This document shows positions 20,396 through 30,295 of a stretch of DNA of 64,000 nt, one piece after another. Origin of the DNA: an uncultured Bacillota bacterium (GTDB taxonomy: Bacteria; Sysuimicrobiota; Sysuimicrobiia; Sysuimicrobiales; Segetimicrobiaceae); contig CAWDRG010000002.1 in NCBI GenBank assembly GCA_963804645.1, positions 64,001 through 128,000 of the forward strand, given 5' to 3'. The notes under the pieces are model-generated. The model was not told where the DNA came from. It searched no databases and worked only from the letters and a program-made list of their open reading frames with translations. Both the position numbers and the translations under genes were made by a program. How positions within the stretch are numbered: position 1 is the first letter of the stretch; each line of letters opens with the position of its first letter.

Positions 20396-21499
20396 CTACG
20401 CCCGTCCCGCGAGACGTCCCCGCAGCTCTTCCTCGAGGCCGTGGGTGAACGCGGCGGTGCCGAGCGGGCCGCCGAGATCGCGCGTCCGCCGGGCCGGCTC
20501 ACGCAGCACCGCGTCCACCGCGTCCTCGATCGCCCACGCCGCCACGGCGCACCGGTCGGCCCCGCGCGTGCGCGCGAGCCAGCGCAGCAGCAGCGCCGCG
20601 GACAGCACGAGCGACGTCGGATTCGCGAGGCCGCGGCCGGCGATATCCGGCGCGGATCCGTGCTGGGCTTGGGCCATGCAGTGGGCATCCCCGGCGTTGA
20701 TTGAGGCCGCGAGGCCGAGCCCACCCGCCAGCTCGGACGCTTCGTCGGAGAGGATGTCGCCGAACATGTTCGTCGTCACCACGACGTCGAACCGCGCGGC
20801 GTCCCGGACGAGCCAGGCCGCCATCGAGTCGACGAGCTGCTCGTCGTACGCGACGTCGGGGTGGGAGGCCGCGACGGCGTGCACCTCGCGCAGGAACAGG
20901 CCTTCGGACACCCGCAGGACGTTGACCTTGTGCACCGCGGTGACCTTCCGCCGGCGCGTCCGCGCCAGTTCGAAGGCGATCCGCGCGATCCGCCGGGAGC
21001 CCTCGGCGGTGACCTTCCGCACCGACAGCGCGAGGTCCGGGGTGGGCATGAACTCACCGGATCCGAGGTGCATGTTGCGATCGGCGTAAAACCCTTCCGT
21101 GTTCTCGCGAACGATCACGAGATCGATCGGCGTGCGGCCCCACGACGCCACGCCCTCGCGGGAGCGCGCCGGTCGAATGTTGGCGAACAGATCCAGGGCC
21201 CGGCGCAGCTCGGCCGAGAGGTTGATGCCGCCCTCGGCGCGGGGCGGATACTCGGCGGTGGAGGCCGGGCCCACCACAATCCCGTCCGCGGCGCGCGCCG
21301 CGTCCAGGACCTCGTCCGGCAGCGTCGTCCCGTCGCGCCGCAGGCGGGCGAGCCCCACCTCGTGCGTCTCGAACCGGAGGCCGAGGGCCAGGGCGTCGTT
21401 GACGAGCGTGAGGATCGCCACGGTGGCCGCGGTAATCTCGGGACCGATGCCGTCTCCAGGCAGGACGACCAGGCGCACGGAGCCGCCTCCACGGGTCAC
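20396..21499 (-). CDS. isocitrate/isopropylmalate dehydrogenase family protein
   Basis: PGDGIGPE, RENTEG, HKVNV, NMFGDILSD, HGSAPDIAG. Confidence 0.93.
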   Translation of the reverse strand: MTRGGGSVRLVVLPGDGIGPEITAATVAILTLVNDALALGLRFETHEVGLARLRRDGTTLPDEVLDAARAADGIVVGPASTAEYPPRAEGGINLSAELRRALDLFANIRPARSREGVASWGRTPIDLVIVRENTEGFYADRNMHLGSGEFMPTPDLALSVRKVTAEGSRRIARIAFELARTRRRKVTAVHKVNVLRVSEGLFLREVHAVAASHPDVAYDEQLVDSMAAWLVRDAARFDVVVTTNMFGDILSDEASELAGGLGLAASINAGDAHCMAQAQHGSAPDIAGRGLANPTSLVLSAALLLRWLARTRGADRCAVAAWAIEDAVDAVLREPARRTRDLGGPLGTAAFTHGLEEELRGRLAGRA

Positions 21500-21519
21500 G
21501 CGTCGCGCGCACCCCGCCG

Positions 21520-21815
21520 GCGCCTCGACGTCCGGGAAGGATCAGGCGCGCCACCGGATCGAAGTGGCCCGCAAGCGGCGCCTGCGGTGCGGGGAGCGCG
21601 TCGAGATGCGTGACGCCTGCATCAATTCGTTCTCGCAGGGGTTGGCGACCTTCTTCGACTACCTGATCCTGGCGCGACCTCCCCGCTCTTGGCGTGGGTG
21701 CGTCAGGCCGGGCCGGCGGTGTACACGCAGGCGTTTCCGTTCGGCCGTGGATTCGACTACTCCCTGCGGACGATGGTACGCCTGCCGTTCGAGTCGGCAG
21801 GCTCCGGCCCGTGTG
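21520..21815 (+). pseudogene. possible degraded gene fragment
   Basis: Protein-like text (INSFSQGLATFFDYLILA; AWVRQAGPAVYTQAFPFGRGFDYSL) in two frames with no start, between minus-strand genes. Confidence 0.35.
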
Positions 21816-21821
21816 CCGGTC

Positions 21822-22892
21822 TCACTCGGGACCGATCAGCGCGCGCCAGACCGGGGCGTAGACTGGACGGCCGCGGGCATCGAGCGGAGTTCGCAGATCT
21901 GTGGCGACGCTGCCGTGGACCGCGGAGGCAATGGCCGGCATCACGGGCTCCTCGGGACCGCCGCGAGGCGGCAGCGTGACCATGAATTGGTGGGTGTCTC
22001 GAGGGACGGACGTGTCGGCGACGGCCGGGGTGCCGGGAATCCCGAGCGCCCCGTAGGCGGCCAGGAAGACGCGCGATCCCGCCTCGTCGCGGTGGACCAG
22101 CGCGTACCACCGATCGGACGGGGTGGCGCTTGCCGCGCGCAGCCACGAGGCAAACCCGTGCGAGGCCGGCATGTAGTCCGTCGGACCCGACCAGAGCGCG
22201 ACCCGGGCCACGGCGAAGCGCTTGGCGAGAAACGCCGCCATTCCGGCGCCCTGCGAATGGCCGCCGACGGCCACGAGGCTCCACTGTACCCGGCCCGCGG
22301 CGAGAAACGTGCCCCACCCTTCGGACGGGTGTGCGGCGGCGAGATAGGCGAGCAGCCGCGCGAGCCGGTTCTCGAGTCCGTTCGCGGGAGAGACGGTGAC
22401 GCCATCGGCCGTGCCGCCCCAAATTCTGATCGAGCGGACCTGGGCGGCGCAGTCGAGGTCCGTGTTGCCCGCGCAGATCTGTTCGACGGCGCTCGCTTTC
22501 CGGTCGGCTGCATCGTCCGGGTACTCGAGCCCGATCGCTTTGTACCCCGCACGCGCGGCCTCGGCCACGACGAACTGGTACACCGCCGGCCAGCCCCACG
22601 TCCCGGGCAAGAACACAAACAGCTTCCCGTTCTGGGGCACCGCGCGATCGTACATGACGTAGTGGTCTTTCAGAAAATGATCGATCCGCGCGTCCGTGTC
22701 GGACGGCCTGACGAGATACACGACGCGTGAGGCATCGGCCGGCAACGGACTGGATGCGCGCTCCGCGGGCGTCGAGGGAGTGTCCTGTTCCGTCGCGAGA
22801 CGGGCCAGCAGATCCCACGCACTCTGCGGTACTTGGGCGTGCGACGGTGTCGATAGAAGGCCGGCCGCGAGCAGCGCGCACGCGATCGCCAT
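21822..22892 (-). CDS. secreted alpha/beta-hydrolase
   Basis: Signal peptide ending SHA-Q, VFLPGT, GHSQG nucleophile elbow, late HGS. Confidence 0.75.
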   Translation of the reverse strand: MAIACALLAAGLLSTPSHAQVPQSAWDLLARLATEQDTPSTPAERASSPLPADASRVVYLVRPSDTDARIDHFLKDHYVMYDRAVPQNGKLFVFLPGTWGWPAVYQFVVAEAARAGYKAIGLEYPDDAADRKASAVEQICAGNTDLDCAAQVRSIRIWGGTADGVTVSPANGLENRLARLLAYLAAAHPSEGWGTFLAAGRVQWSLVAVGGHSQGAGMAAFLAKRFAVARVALWSGPTDYMPASHGFASWLRAASATPSDRWYALVHRDEAGSRVFLAAYGALGIPGTPAVADTSVPRDTHQFMVTLPPRGGPEEPVMPAIASAVHGSVATDLRTPLDARGRPVYAPVWRALIGPE

Positions 22893-23023
22893 GAGGCCGC
22901 GCGCACGCGTCGAGCTCGGCCGTCCCGCGTTCGCGCCCCGCGTGTGACAAGGCATTCGATCCACCTCCCAATAATACAGGGTCAGCGGATGGAAACCGCA
23001 ATCAGTTCCGGGAGGCGTGGTCG

Positions 23024-24634
23024 ATGACGAGCGGTGCGACCGGCATGGTGGCGTGTCCCGAGCCCCTCGCCGCCGAGATCGGCGCCGGGATCCTGGCCCG
23101 CGGAGGCAACGCGGTGGACGCGGGGGTCGCGACCGCCTTCGCGCAGACAGTCGCCAACCCGATGATGGCGAGTCTCGGCGGCTGCGGGCACCTGCTCGTC
23201 TACCGCGCCGACACCGCCGCGGTCGAGCTGATCCAAGCCTCGCCGATGTCGGGGTCGCGGGCGGTGCCCGGCGTCTACGAGCCGGTCGCCAGCGGGGCGA
23301 TTCCAGGCGTCGTCGGGTCCGGCCGGCGCGTGGCGGGCGACCGCAACCTTCGAACGCACGCCGCGTCGGTCATCCCCACCCTGGTCCGCGGCCTCGAGGA
23401 GGTTCACCGGCGCTGCGGGACGATGCCGTGGGCGGCGCTGCTTGAGCCGTCGATCGCGCTCGCCCGCGACGGCCTCGTGGTGACCCCGTATCTGTACGAG
23501 ACCTGGGATCCGTTCCTGCCGCACCCAATGGGCGTGCAGCCGTCAGACAAGATCGAGGCCGAGCCCGGCGCGCGGGCGATCTTCATGCCCGAGGGACGGC
23601 TCCTCCGGGTCGGCGAGCGGCTCGTCCAGCGCGACCTTGCCCGCACCCTCGAGCGCGTGGCGCGCGACGGTGCGCGCGTGTTCTACGACGGCGAGATCGG
23701 CGAACAGATCGGCCGCGACTTCGAGGCGCACGGCGGGCTGTTCACCACGGACGACCTGCGGGACGCGGCGGCGACGCTGGGGACGCCCACGTCCGCCCGG
23801 TACCGGGACTGCACGTTCGTGACCGACGCCCCGCCCGGGCTCGGCGTCATCCTGCTGCTGATCATGCAGGTGCTCGAAGGCATCGACGTCCGCTCCCTCG
23901 GCTGGAACTCTCCGGCCTACCTCGACGTGGTCGCACGCACGATGCAGTGGGCGCTCGCCGAGGCCGCCGGGGTGCTGACCGCGGGATCTCCGAACGGGGC
24001 GGCGGCCCTGCTCGACCCGGCGCGCGTCGCATCCGTGCGGGACCGCGTGAAGCGCGGGGAATTCTCGGCCGCCAGCGGCGCCGCGCCGGCGCGCGAAGGG
24101 ACGACCCACCTCGCGATCGTGGACCGTGCGCGGAACGCCGTCTCGTGGGTGCACAGCAGCGGGAGCGGGTCGGGCATCGTCACGCCGGGCCTCGGGTTTG
24201 TGCACAACGACCACATGATCATGTTCGATCCGCACCCGGGCCGGCTCGCGTCGCTCGCGCCCCGGACGGTGCCGGTGCACGGAGGCGGTCCCGTCATCAT
24301 TCTGCGGAGCGGCCGTCCGTGGATGGCGATCGGGTCGCCGGCCGGGGCGCTGAAGACCACCGCGCTGACGCAGGTGCTGCTCGCCGTGCTCGAGTTCGGA
24401 CTGCCGCTCCAGGCCGCGATCTCATCGCCCCGCATCCACACGCAGCACGAGTCCCGGACCGTGATGGTGGAGTCCAACTTCCCGTCGGGCCTGGCGCGCG
24501 CGCTCGGCCGCCTGGGGCATCGGGTGGTGGTCAGCGATTATCGGGCCCGCGTGTCGGCCGTTATGCTGTCTCAGGACGGCGATCTCGTGGGAGGCGCCGA
24601 CCCGCGCGGCGGCGGCGGACTGGAGTGGATCTGA
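23024..24634 (+). CDS. gamma-glutamyltransferase family protein
   Basis: GGNAVDAGVA, EGTTHLAIVD, GSPAG, GGADPRGGG. Confidence 0.9.
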   Translation: MTSGATGMVACPEPLAAEIGAGILARGGNAVDAGVATAFAQTVANPMMASLGGCGHLLVYRADTAAVELIQASPMSGSRAVPGVYEPVASGAIPGVVGSGRRVAGDRNLRTHAASVIPTLVRGLEEVHRRCGTMPWAALLEPSIALARDGLVVTPYLYETWDPFLPHPMGVQPSDKIEAEPGARAIFMPEGRLLRVGERLVQRDLARTLERVARDGARVFYDGEIGEQIGRDFEAHGGLFTTDDLRDAAATLGTPTSARYRDCTFVTDAPPGLGVILLLIMQVLEGIDVRSLGWNSPAYLDVVARTMQWALAEAAGVLTAGSPNGAAALLDPARVASVRDRVKRGEFSAASGAAPAREGTTHLAIVDRARNAVSWVHSSGSGSGIVTPGLGFVHNDHMIMFDPHPGRLASLAPRTVPVHGGGPVIILRSGRPWMAIGSPAGALKTTALTQVLLAVLEFGLPLQAAISSPRIHTQHESRTVMVESNFPSGLARALGRLGHRVVVSDYRARVSAVMLSQDGDLVGGADPRGGGGLEWI

Positions 24635-24644
24635 GATCGACGCG

Positions 24645-24677
24645 AGTTCCCGCCGGGACCCGGTCCCGGCGGGAACT
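24645..24677. terminator. perfect 16-bp inverted repeat, probable terminator
   Basis: AGTTCCCGCCGGGACC-C-GGTCCCGGCGGGAACT about 10 nt after the stop codon. Confidence 0.65.
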
Positions 24678-24882
24678 GTCCGCACAACATCGTGGCAGGT
24701 GCGTCGACACGCTTCCGTGCGCGGGGTGGTACGGCACGTACCGGCGGCACCCCACGACGCCGTGTAGCATGACACGCGTGGCGTCCGACGCTGACCGGCC
24801 TTCGCAGAGCCCCCCGTTGTGTGCGGATCTCTGAGCGGCTACCCTCACTCACGATCGTACCCGCAATCACGGCGCCTGGTGT

Positions 24883-25683
24883 TCAGTCGGCCTGCGATTG
24901 CGTTACCGATTGGTCCCAGTATCCCCGGCGATCATAATGGCGATACAGCCCCGTCTCATACTCACGAGTGGGCGGCGAGCCGTCCGCGTACTCCGGCGAC
25001 CGCCTAATGGCCTCTCGGGTGAGATTGACGAAGACTTTCGACTCGTCCCAACTCACACGCTCGATCCATTGCGGCGCAACCAGGACCTTTTTCCCCGGCC
25101 ACCAGTTCTGTGTATCGATGATGAGATACCGAATCGCCCACGTCGCGTCATCGATGACAAAGTCCGCGATGTGGCCGATCTCGCCATCGGTCGCCTGGAT
25201 GTGGTAGCCGCTCACGGCGTGAGTGCTCCGCAGATGGGGGTCCCACGCTTTCTCGGCTCGGGTCGGCGCTCTCCATAGTGCAGGGTCCGGCATGATCGTG
25301 GGGTACGAGCCCCACATGTCCGGGCCGCTCCAATACGCCGGCCATCCATAATACCCATAATAGTCCTGCTCGAATTGGCGCGAGACCGGTTTGTCACTGT
25401 CCAAGGATGGGCTGCCCTCGATCTGCTTCTTCGTGAGCGTGACGGCGATGTGCCGCTCGTCTTTGCTCACGCTGCCCAGTGCATGTGGAGAGATCAGCAC
25501 CTGCCGGCTCGCCAGCCAGGTGCCCGTGTCGGCGATCAGATACCGAACCGCCCAGTACCGGTCATCGAAGTAGAAGTCTTTGACCTTCCCGATTTCCCCG
25601 TCGAGGCTGTCCAATCGGTATCCCTGCAGTGTCTTCGCTTGGTTGAGCGTCCCAGCACTCCGCGCTCCTACCATACGAGCCAT
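24883..25683 (-). CDS. tandem PRC-barrel domain protein
   Basis: Two DGEIG..DF..DD..WA.RYL.DT..W units; GGAGG RBS. Confidence 0.88.
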   Translation of the reverse strand: MARMVGARSAGTLNQAKTLQGYRLDSLDGEIGKVKDFYFDDRYWAVRYLIADTGTWLASRQVLISPHALGSVSKDERHIAVTLTKKQIEGSPSLDSDKPVSRQFEQDYYGYYGWPAYWSGPDMWGSYPTIMPDPALWRAPTRAEKAWDPHLRSTHAVSGYHIQATDGEIGHIADFVIDDATWAIRYLIIDTQNWWPGKKVLVAPQWIERVSWDESKVFVNLTREAIRRSPEYADGSPPTREYETGLYRHYDRRGYWDQSVTQSQAD

Positions 25684-26162
25684 GGTGGACCTCCTGATTC
25701 TTACGAGCAAGTTCTATACGGATAAATAACACACCAGCGCGTGACCCATCTGTTCAAAACCGTACACACGCGGTCGGCGGCAGACCCTGTCGGCCGGGCG
25801 GCGCACAGCGCGGGAACACTCGTGGGCGACGCGCAAGTTGGCTTGCAAAGAGAAATTTGGGTCCGTCGTTCAGGGGCGCGCTGACGACGATCGAGGTTCC
25901 CGCAGACGAGGTGTCGTGCTCATGGACGTTGTTTACACACAGCGATGGGGCTGCAGGTATCCATAGTGCTGGCCACATCGTTGGATCGTGTTCCTGAGCC
26001 TGATGGGATGATCCCCGGCGCCATGGCGGTCTGGCGATCCCACGATGACGACGAATTGGATCACGGGCGGCAGGGAATGACCGGCATTCGTCCCAAACTG
26101 GCGCGCAGGCGGCCTGTTCCCGGCCTTCTACCCGTGTCGAGTGTCGTCGATCGGACGGACCG

Positions 26163-26867
26163 CTACCCCGGCGCGGGATGCTGGCGCAGATCCCACCCTG
26201 CGAGCACGGCGATGACCGCGGTGGGGAGCAGCGCAGCCCCGAAGCCGGCGGCGTACTGCGCGGTGCCCCCGACCAGCGCGCCCGCGAGATACGACGCCCA
26301 CACGGCGAACAAGATGGGCGCGCCCTGCCCCGTCCGCGCCGGCGTTCCGCCGCGCGCGCCGTCGATCTTCTCCGCGAACAGGCCAGCCGCGTCGACCGCG
26401 AGGCTGATTAGATTGCCCGTGACGTACGTGGTGGACAGCCGGTACTCCCCGACCTGCCGCACCGCCGACCCTTGCATTCCCATCGCCGCGCCGAGGAGGG
26501 CGATGATCGGCAGGGCCGCCGCCTGCGGCAAGGCGGTGGGCGGGTGCGGGCGCGCGATCACCCAGACGGCGGCCGCGGCGAGCAGGAACACCGTCTCCGT
26601 GCCGAGCACCTCGGCGAGCCGACGGCGGCGGCGCATCACCACGGCGCTGAGGATCGCCCCGGCGAAGAACGTGACGAGGACCAGCAGGGCCCGGCCGGCC
26701 GCGCCCCACTCGGCGTGGCCGGTAAACACGCCCAACAGCACCGTGTTTCCGGTCATGTTCGCCACAAAGAGCCCGAACGTCAGGTAGCCGACGGCGTCGA
26801 GACATCCGGCGCAGCCGCCGAGCAGAAACGCCATACGGCGGCGCGGGTACAGCGATGTGGTGGCCAT
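26163..26867 (-). CDS. YoaK/DUF1275 family membrane protein
   Basis: AGCLDAVGY, FVANMTGN, MGMQ, TTYVTG motifs. Confidence 0.88.
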   Translation of the reverse strand: MATTSLYPRRRMAFLLGGCAGCLDAVGYLTFGLFVANMTGNTVLLGVFTGHAEWGAAGRALLVLVTFFAGAILSAVVMRRRRRLAEVLGTETVFLLAAAAVWVIARPHPPTALPQAAALPIIALLGAAMGMQGSAVRQVGEYRLSTTYVTGNLISLAVDAAGLFAEKIDGARGGTPARTGQGAPILFAVWASYLAGALVGGTAQYAAGFGAALLPTAVIAVLAGWDLRQHPAPG

Positions 26868-27021
26868 GGGGACCTCCATGTGCGCTCGACCGCGGCCGGC
26901 CGTGCGGCCGCGTACTCTTCGCGGGCGGGCGCGAGCCGGTCCTGCCCCGCTCGGCGCGCGGCGGACCCTGGACGGCGTCCACGGAAGGGCCGCCGAAGTC
27001 CGGGGTGGAACCTCGAGAGCG

Positions 27022-27576
27022 ATGACGGACGTCCACGCGCCGGAGCCGCCGCTCTTTCCCGTCGGGCCGTACTCCGTGGAGGAGGCGCCCGACGGTCAGC
27101 TGCGCGGAGCCTGGATCGACGAACTCGAGGTCGCGCCGGCGCGGCTCAGGGCGGCGGTCGGCGGGGCCTCGGGCCGCGCGCTCGACACCGCGTACCGGAA
27201 CTGGACGATCCGCCAGATCGTGCACCACGTCGCGGACAGCCACCTCAACAGCTACGTGCGGTTCAAGCTCGCGCTGACGGAAGACCGTCCGACGATCAAA
27301 CCTTACGACGAGAGCCGGTGGTCGGATCTCCCCGACGCGCAGCGCGCGGACGTCGAGCTCTCGCTGCGGCTGCTGGACGCGCTGCACGGCCGGTGGATCT
27401 ACCTGCTGCGATCGCTCGCGCCGGAGGCGTTCGCCCGGTCGTTTTACCACCCCGGGACCGGCGAGGTCATGCCCCTGTGGCGCGCGGTGGGCTACTACGC
27501 GTGGCATGCCCGCCATCACACGGCGCAGGTCGAGTGGGTGCGGGCGCACAAGCTTCGGGCCCGGGACCGCGGATGA
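27022..27576 (+). CDS. yfiT: YfiT/DinB family bacillithiol transferase-like protein
   Basis: WTIRQIVHHVADSH, KLALTED.PTIKPYDE, YAWHARHH. Confidence 0.88.
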   Translation: MTDVHAPEPPLFPVGPYSVEEAPDGQLRGAWIDELEVAPARLRAAVGGASGRALDTAYRNWTIRQIVHHVADSHLNSYVRFKLALTEDRPTIKPYDESRWSDLPDAQRADVELSLRLLDALHGRWIYLLRSLAPEAFARSFYHPGTGEVMPLWRAVGYYAWHARHHTAQVEWVRAHKLRARDRG

Positions 27577-27592
27577 TCGGCGAGGCATCGTG

Positions 27593-29149
27593 ATGAGCCG
27601 TGACGCGGTGGCCGCCCTCGCGGCGCAGCTGTTCATGGTGGACTTTACGGGCCACGTGCCCGCGCCGGACGTCGTCCGATTGATCGAGGACGACGGGATC
27701 GGCGGCGTCATCCTCTTCGTGAAGAACATCGCATCGCCGCGGCAGGTCGCCGTCCTCACGAACAGCCTCCAGGAGATCGCCGCGGCCGCAGGGCGCCCTC
27801 CCCTCCTGATCAGCGCGGACCAGGAAGGCGGGACCGTGGTCCGGCTGCGGGAGGGCGCAACGCACTTCCCGAGTGCGATGGCGTTCGGAGCGGCGCGCAG
27901 CGAGGCGCTCGCCGCGTCGGCCGCCGGGGTCGCCGCCCGGGAACTGGCGGCCGTCGGCATCCGGATGAATCTCGCGCCCGACGTGGACGTGAACAACAAC
28001 CCCGCGAACCCGGTCATCGGCATTCGCTCGTTCGGCGAGGACCCGGCGCTCGTGGGCCGGCTCGGCGCCGCGGTGATCGGCGCCACGCAGGCCGCCGGCG
28101 TGCTCGCGACCGCGAAACACTTCCCCGGGCACGGTGATACCTCGGTCGACTCACACCTCGACCTGCCGGTCGTGCCGCATGCGCGTGCGCGGTTGGAGGC
28201 GGTCGAGCTGCCGCCGTTTCGCGAGGCCGTCCGCGCGGGGGTGGGCGCCGTGATGACCGCGCACGCGGTCTATCCCGCGTTCGACCCGGAGCGGCCCGCG
28301 ACGCTGTCCCCGGTGCTCCTCGGCCTGCTGCGCGTCCAGTGGGGATTCTCGGGGCTGATCGTCACGGACTCCATGGCGATGCGGGCGATCACGGATCGGT
28401 TTTCCGCGGGCGAGGCCGCGGTCCTGGCCATTCTCGCGGGCGCGGACGTGATCCTCGCGTGCGGCGAGCTCGCGGCCCAGCGCGACGCGCTGGACGCGGT
28501 GCGCTACGCGGTGTCGACCGGGCGCATCCCCCGCGCGCGGATCGAAGTGTCGGCCGCCCGGATTCGCGCCGCCCGGGAGCGGCTCGGGCTTTTCCGACGG
28601 GCCACGGTCGCGGTGGACCGCGTCGCCGACGATGTCGGCGTTCCGGCCCACCTGGAGGTCGCGGAGCGCGTCGCCGAGGCCGCGGTCACGCTGACGCGTC
28701 CGGCGCGCGGGGTAATTCCGCTCCCGCCGGGTCCCGTCGCGGTCGTGGGAGTGACCGACGACGCGCGCGACGCCGCCGAGCGGCTGGCGGCGGTGCTGCG
28801 CGATGTCGGCCGGGACGCCGCGGCCGCAGCTCCGGCGCGCCTCGACGGGCTGCAGGCCGGCTCGGTGGTGGTCGTGCTCGGCGGCCGGGGCGGGCGCGAG
28901 GCCGCAGACCCGCCCGCGGCCGACCTGATGCGCATCACCGTGCCGGTTGCCGCGGTGTCGGTGGGCGCACCGTACGCCCTCGCGCGGCTCCCGCACGCGG
29001 TGGCGTGTCTCGCCGTGTACGGGGACGATCCCCCGTCCCTGCGGGCCGCGGCGCGGGTGCTGATCGGAGCGCTAGAGGCCCGCGGCCGCCTGCCGGTGAC
29101 GCTCGGTGAGTCTGGCGAGACGGTCGCGGAGACGCTCGGCGAGCCGTGA
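27593..29149 (+). CDS. nagZ: GH3 beta-N-acetylhexosaminidase
   Basis: DQEGG, RSFG, KHFPGHGDTSVDSH, VTDSMAM. Confidence 0.92.
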   Translation: MSRDAVAALAAQLFMVDFTGHVPAPDVVRLIEDDGIGGVILFVKNIASPRQVAVLTNSLQEIAAAAGRPPLLISADQEGGTVVRLREGATHFPSAMAFGAARSEALAASAAGVAARELAAVGIRMNLAPDVDVNNNPANPVIGIRSFGEDPALVGRLGAAVIGATQAAGVLATAKHFPGHGDTSVDSHLDLPVVPHARARLEAVELPPFREAVRAGVGAVMTAHAVYPAFDPERPATLSPVLLGLLRVQWGFSGLIVTDSMAMRAITDRFSAGEAAVLAILAGADVILACGELAAQRDALDAVRYAVSTGRIPRARIEVSAARIRAARERLGLFRRATVAVDRVADDVGVPAHLEVAERVAEAAVTLTRPARGVIPLPPGPVAVVGVTDDARDAAERLAAVLRDVGRDAAAAAPARLDGLQAGSVVVVLGGRGGREAADPPAADLMRITVPVAAVSVGAPYALARLPHAVACLAVYGDDPPSLRAAARVLIGALEARGRLPVTLGESGETVAETLGEP

Positions 29150-30295
29150 CACCCCGGGCGGCGTGAACCCGCCCCCGTGCAGCGCGCCCGCGATCGACAG
29201 CGCCTCTTCGACCGAGGCCGCGGCTCCTGAGACATCGCCCCGTCCCGCGCGGATCTTCGCGACCTCCTCGAGCAGGTGGGCCCGCAGCCGGTCGCGCCGC
29301 GTCCATGCCGCGGCCTCGGCCTCCCAGCGCGCGCGGGCGGCTGCGGGATCGCCGGCGACCCGGTACGCTCGTGCGAGGCGCCGCAGGACCCGCCACCGAT
29401 CCCCGGGATCGAGCGCCTCGCGGGCGGCCCGCTCGAAGCACTCGACCGCGAGCGCGCAGCGTCCCTCCCGGCTCAGCAGGACGCCGGTCCCCTCCCAGTC
29501 CAGCGGCACGCCGGCGGCGTGCGGGGTGCGGAGGACGCGGGCCACTTCACCGTGCAGCAGGACGAGCGCGAGCAGATCGGCGCGGTTGTGGGCGATTACC
29601 GGGTCGAGCGCCGCCCGGTCCGTGCTGCGGAGGTACTCCACGTAGATCATCGGGATCTCCCACCCCGGGACGTCGCCGTGCCGGGGTGCGCCCAGCACCT
29701 CCGCCTCGAGGATGCTCAGCCGGTGGGTCCCGAACACGCGGTGCCACAGCCGCCGCGCGGGATGGATCAAGTCCGTGTGCACCTCGAGCGTCGCGGGGCG
29801 CCGCCGCGCGAGTACGAAGCGCGCCTCGAGGATCGGCCAGTCGAATCGCTGGCCGTTGAAGGTCACGAGGCGCCGCGCCCGCTCGAGGCGCTGCGCCAGC
29901 ACGGTCAGCAGCTGCGGCTCACCGCTCAACCGCCTGAGCAGCAGCTGCTCCGTGACGAGCCGCTCCCCCTCGAGATACGCGAGCCCCACCAGAAACGCGT
30001 ACGTCCCGGTGCCCCCGGCCAGGCCCGTCGTCTCGGTATCGAGCCAGACGGTGGCCGAGAGATCCGGGGCGTCCGCGCCGCCGAGCGAGCGGAGCGCGTC
30101 GCCGAGCACGCACCGGCCGTGGCGGTGGTTCAGCGCATAGGTGGCGCGCACGACTTCCAGGCCGTCGCCCGACGCGGCCGGACGCTCGCGGAGGGCGGGC
30201 GCCGGTGCGCGGCCCACGCCCCCGGCGCCGAGGCGCCGCAGGCGGTCCCTCAGCGCGCCGGACACGGCCCCCGGCGACGGATCAGGCGGGCACAC
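29072..30295 (-). CDS. mrfB: RNase H-like (YprB/MrfB) exonuclease with TPR-like tail
   Basis: LDTETTGL, TFNGQRFDWP, HNRADL; directly downstream of the DUF1998 helicase. Confidence 0.85.
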   Translation of the reverse strand: MCPPDPSPGAVSGALRDRLRRLGAGGVGRAPAPALRERPAASGDGLEVVRATYALNHRHGRCVLGDALRSLGGADAPDLSATVWLDTETTGLAGGTGTYAFLVGLAYLEGERLVTEQLLLRRLSGEPQLLTVLAQRLERARRLVTFNGQRFDWPILEARFVLARRRPATLEVHTDLIHPARRLWHRVFGTHRLSILEAEVLGAPRHGDVPGWEIPMIYVEYLRSTDRAALDPVIAHNRADLLALVLLHGEVARVLRTPHAAGVPLDWEGTGVLLSREGRCALAVECFERAAREALDPGDRWRVLRRLARAYRVAGDPAAARARWEAEAAAWTRRDRLRAHLLEEVAKIRAGRGDVSGAAASVEEALSIAGALHGGGFTPPGVSRLAERLRDRLARLTERHRQAAAGL

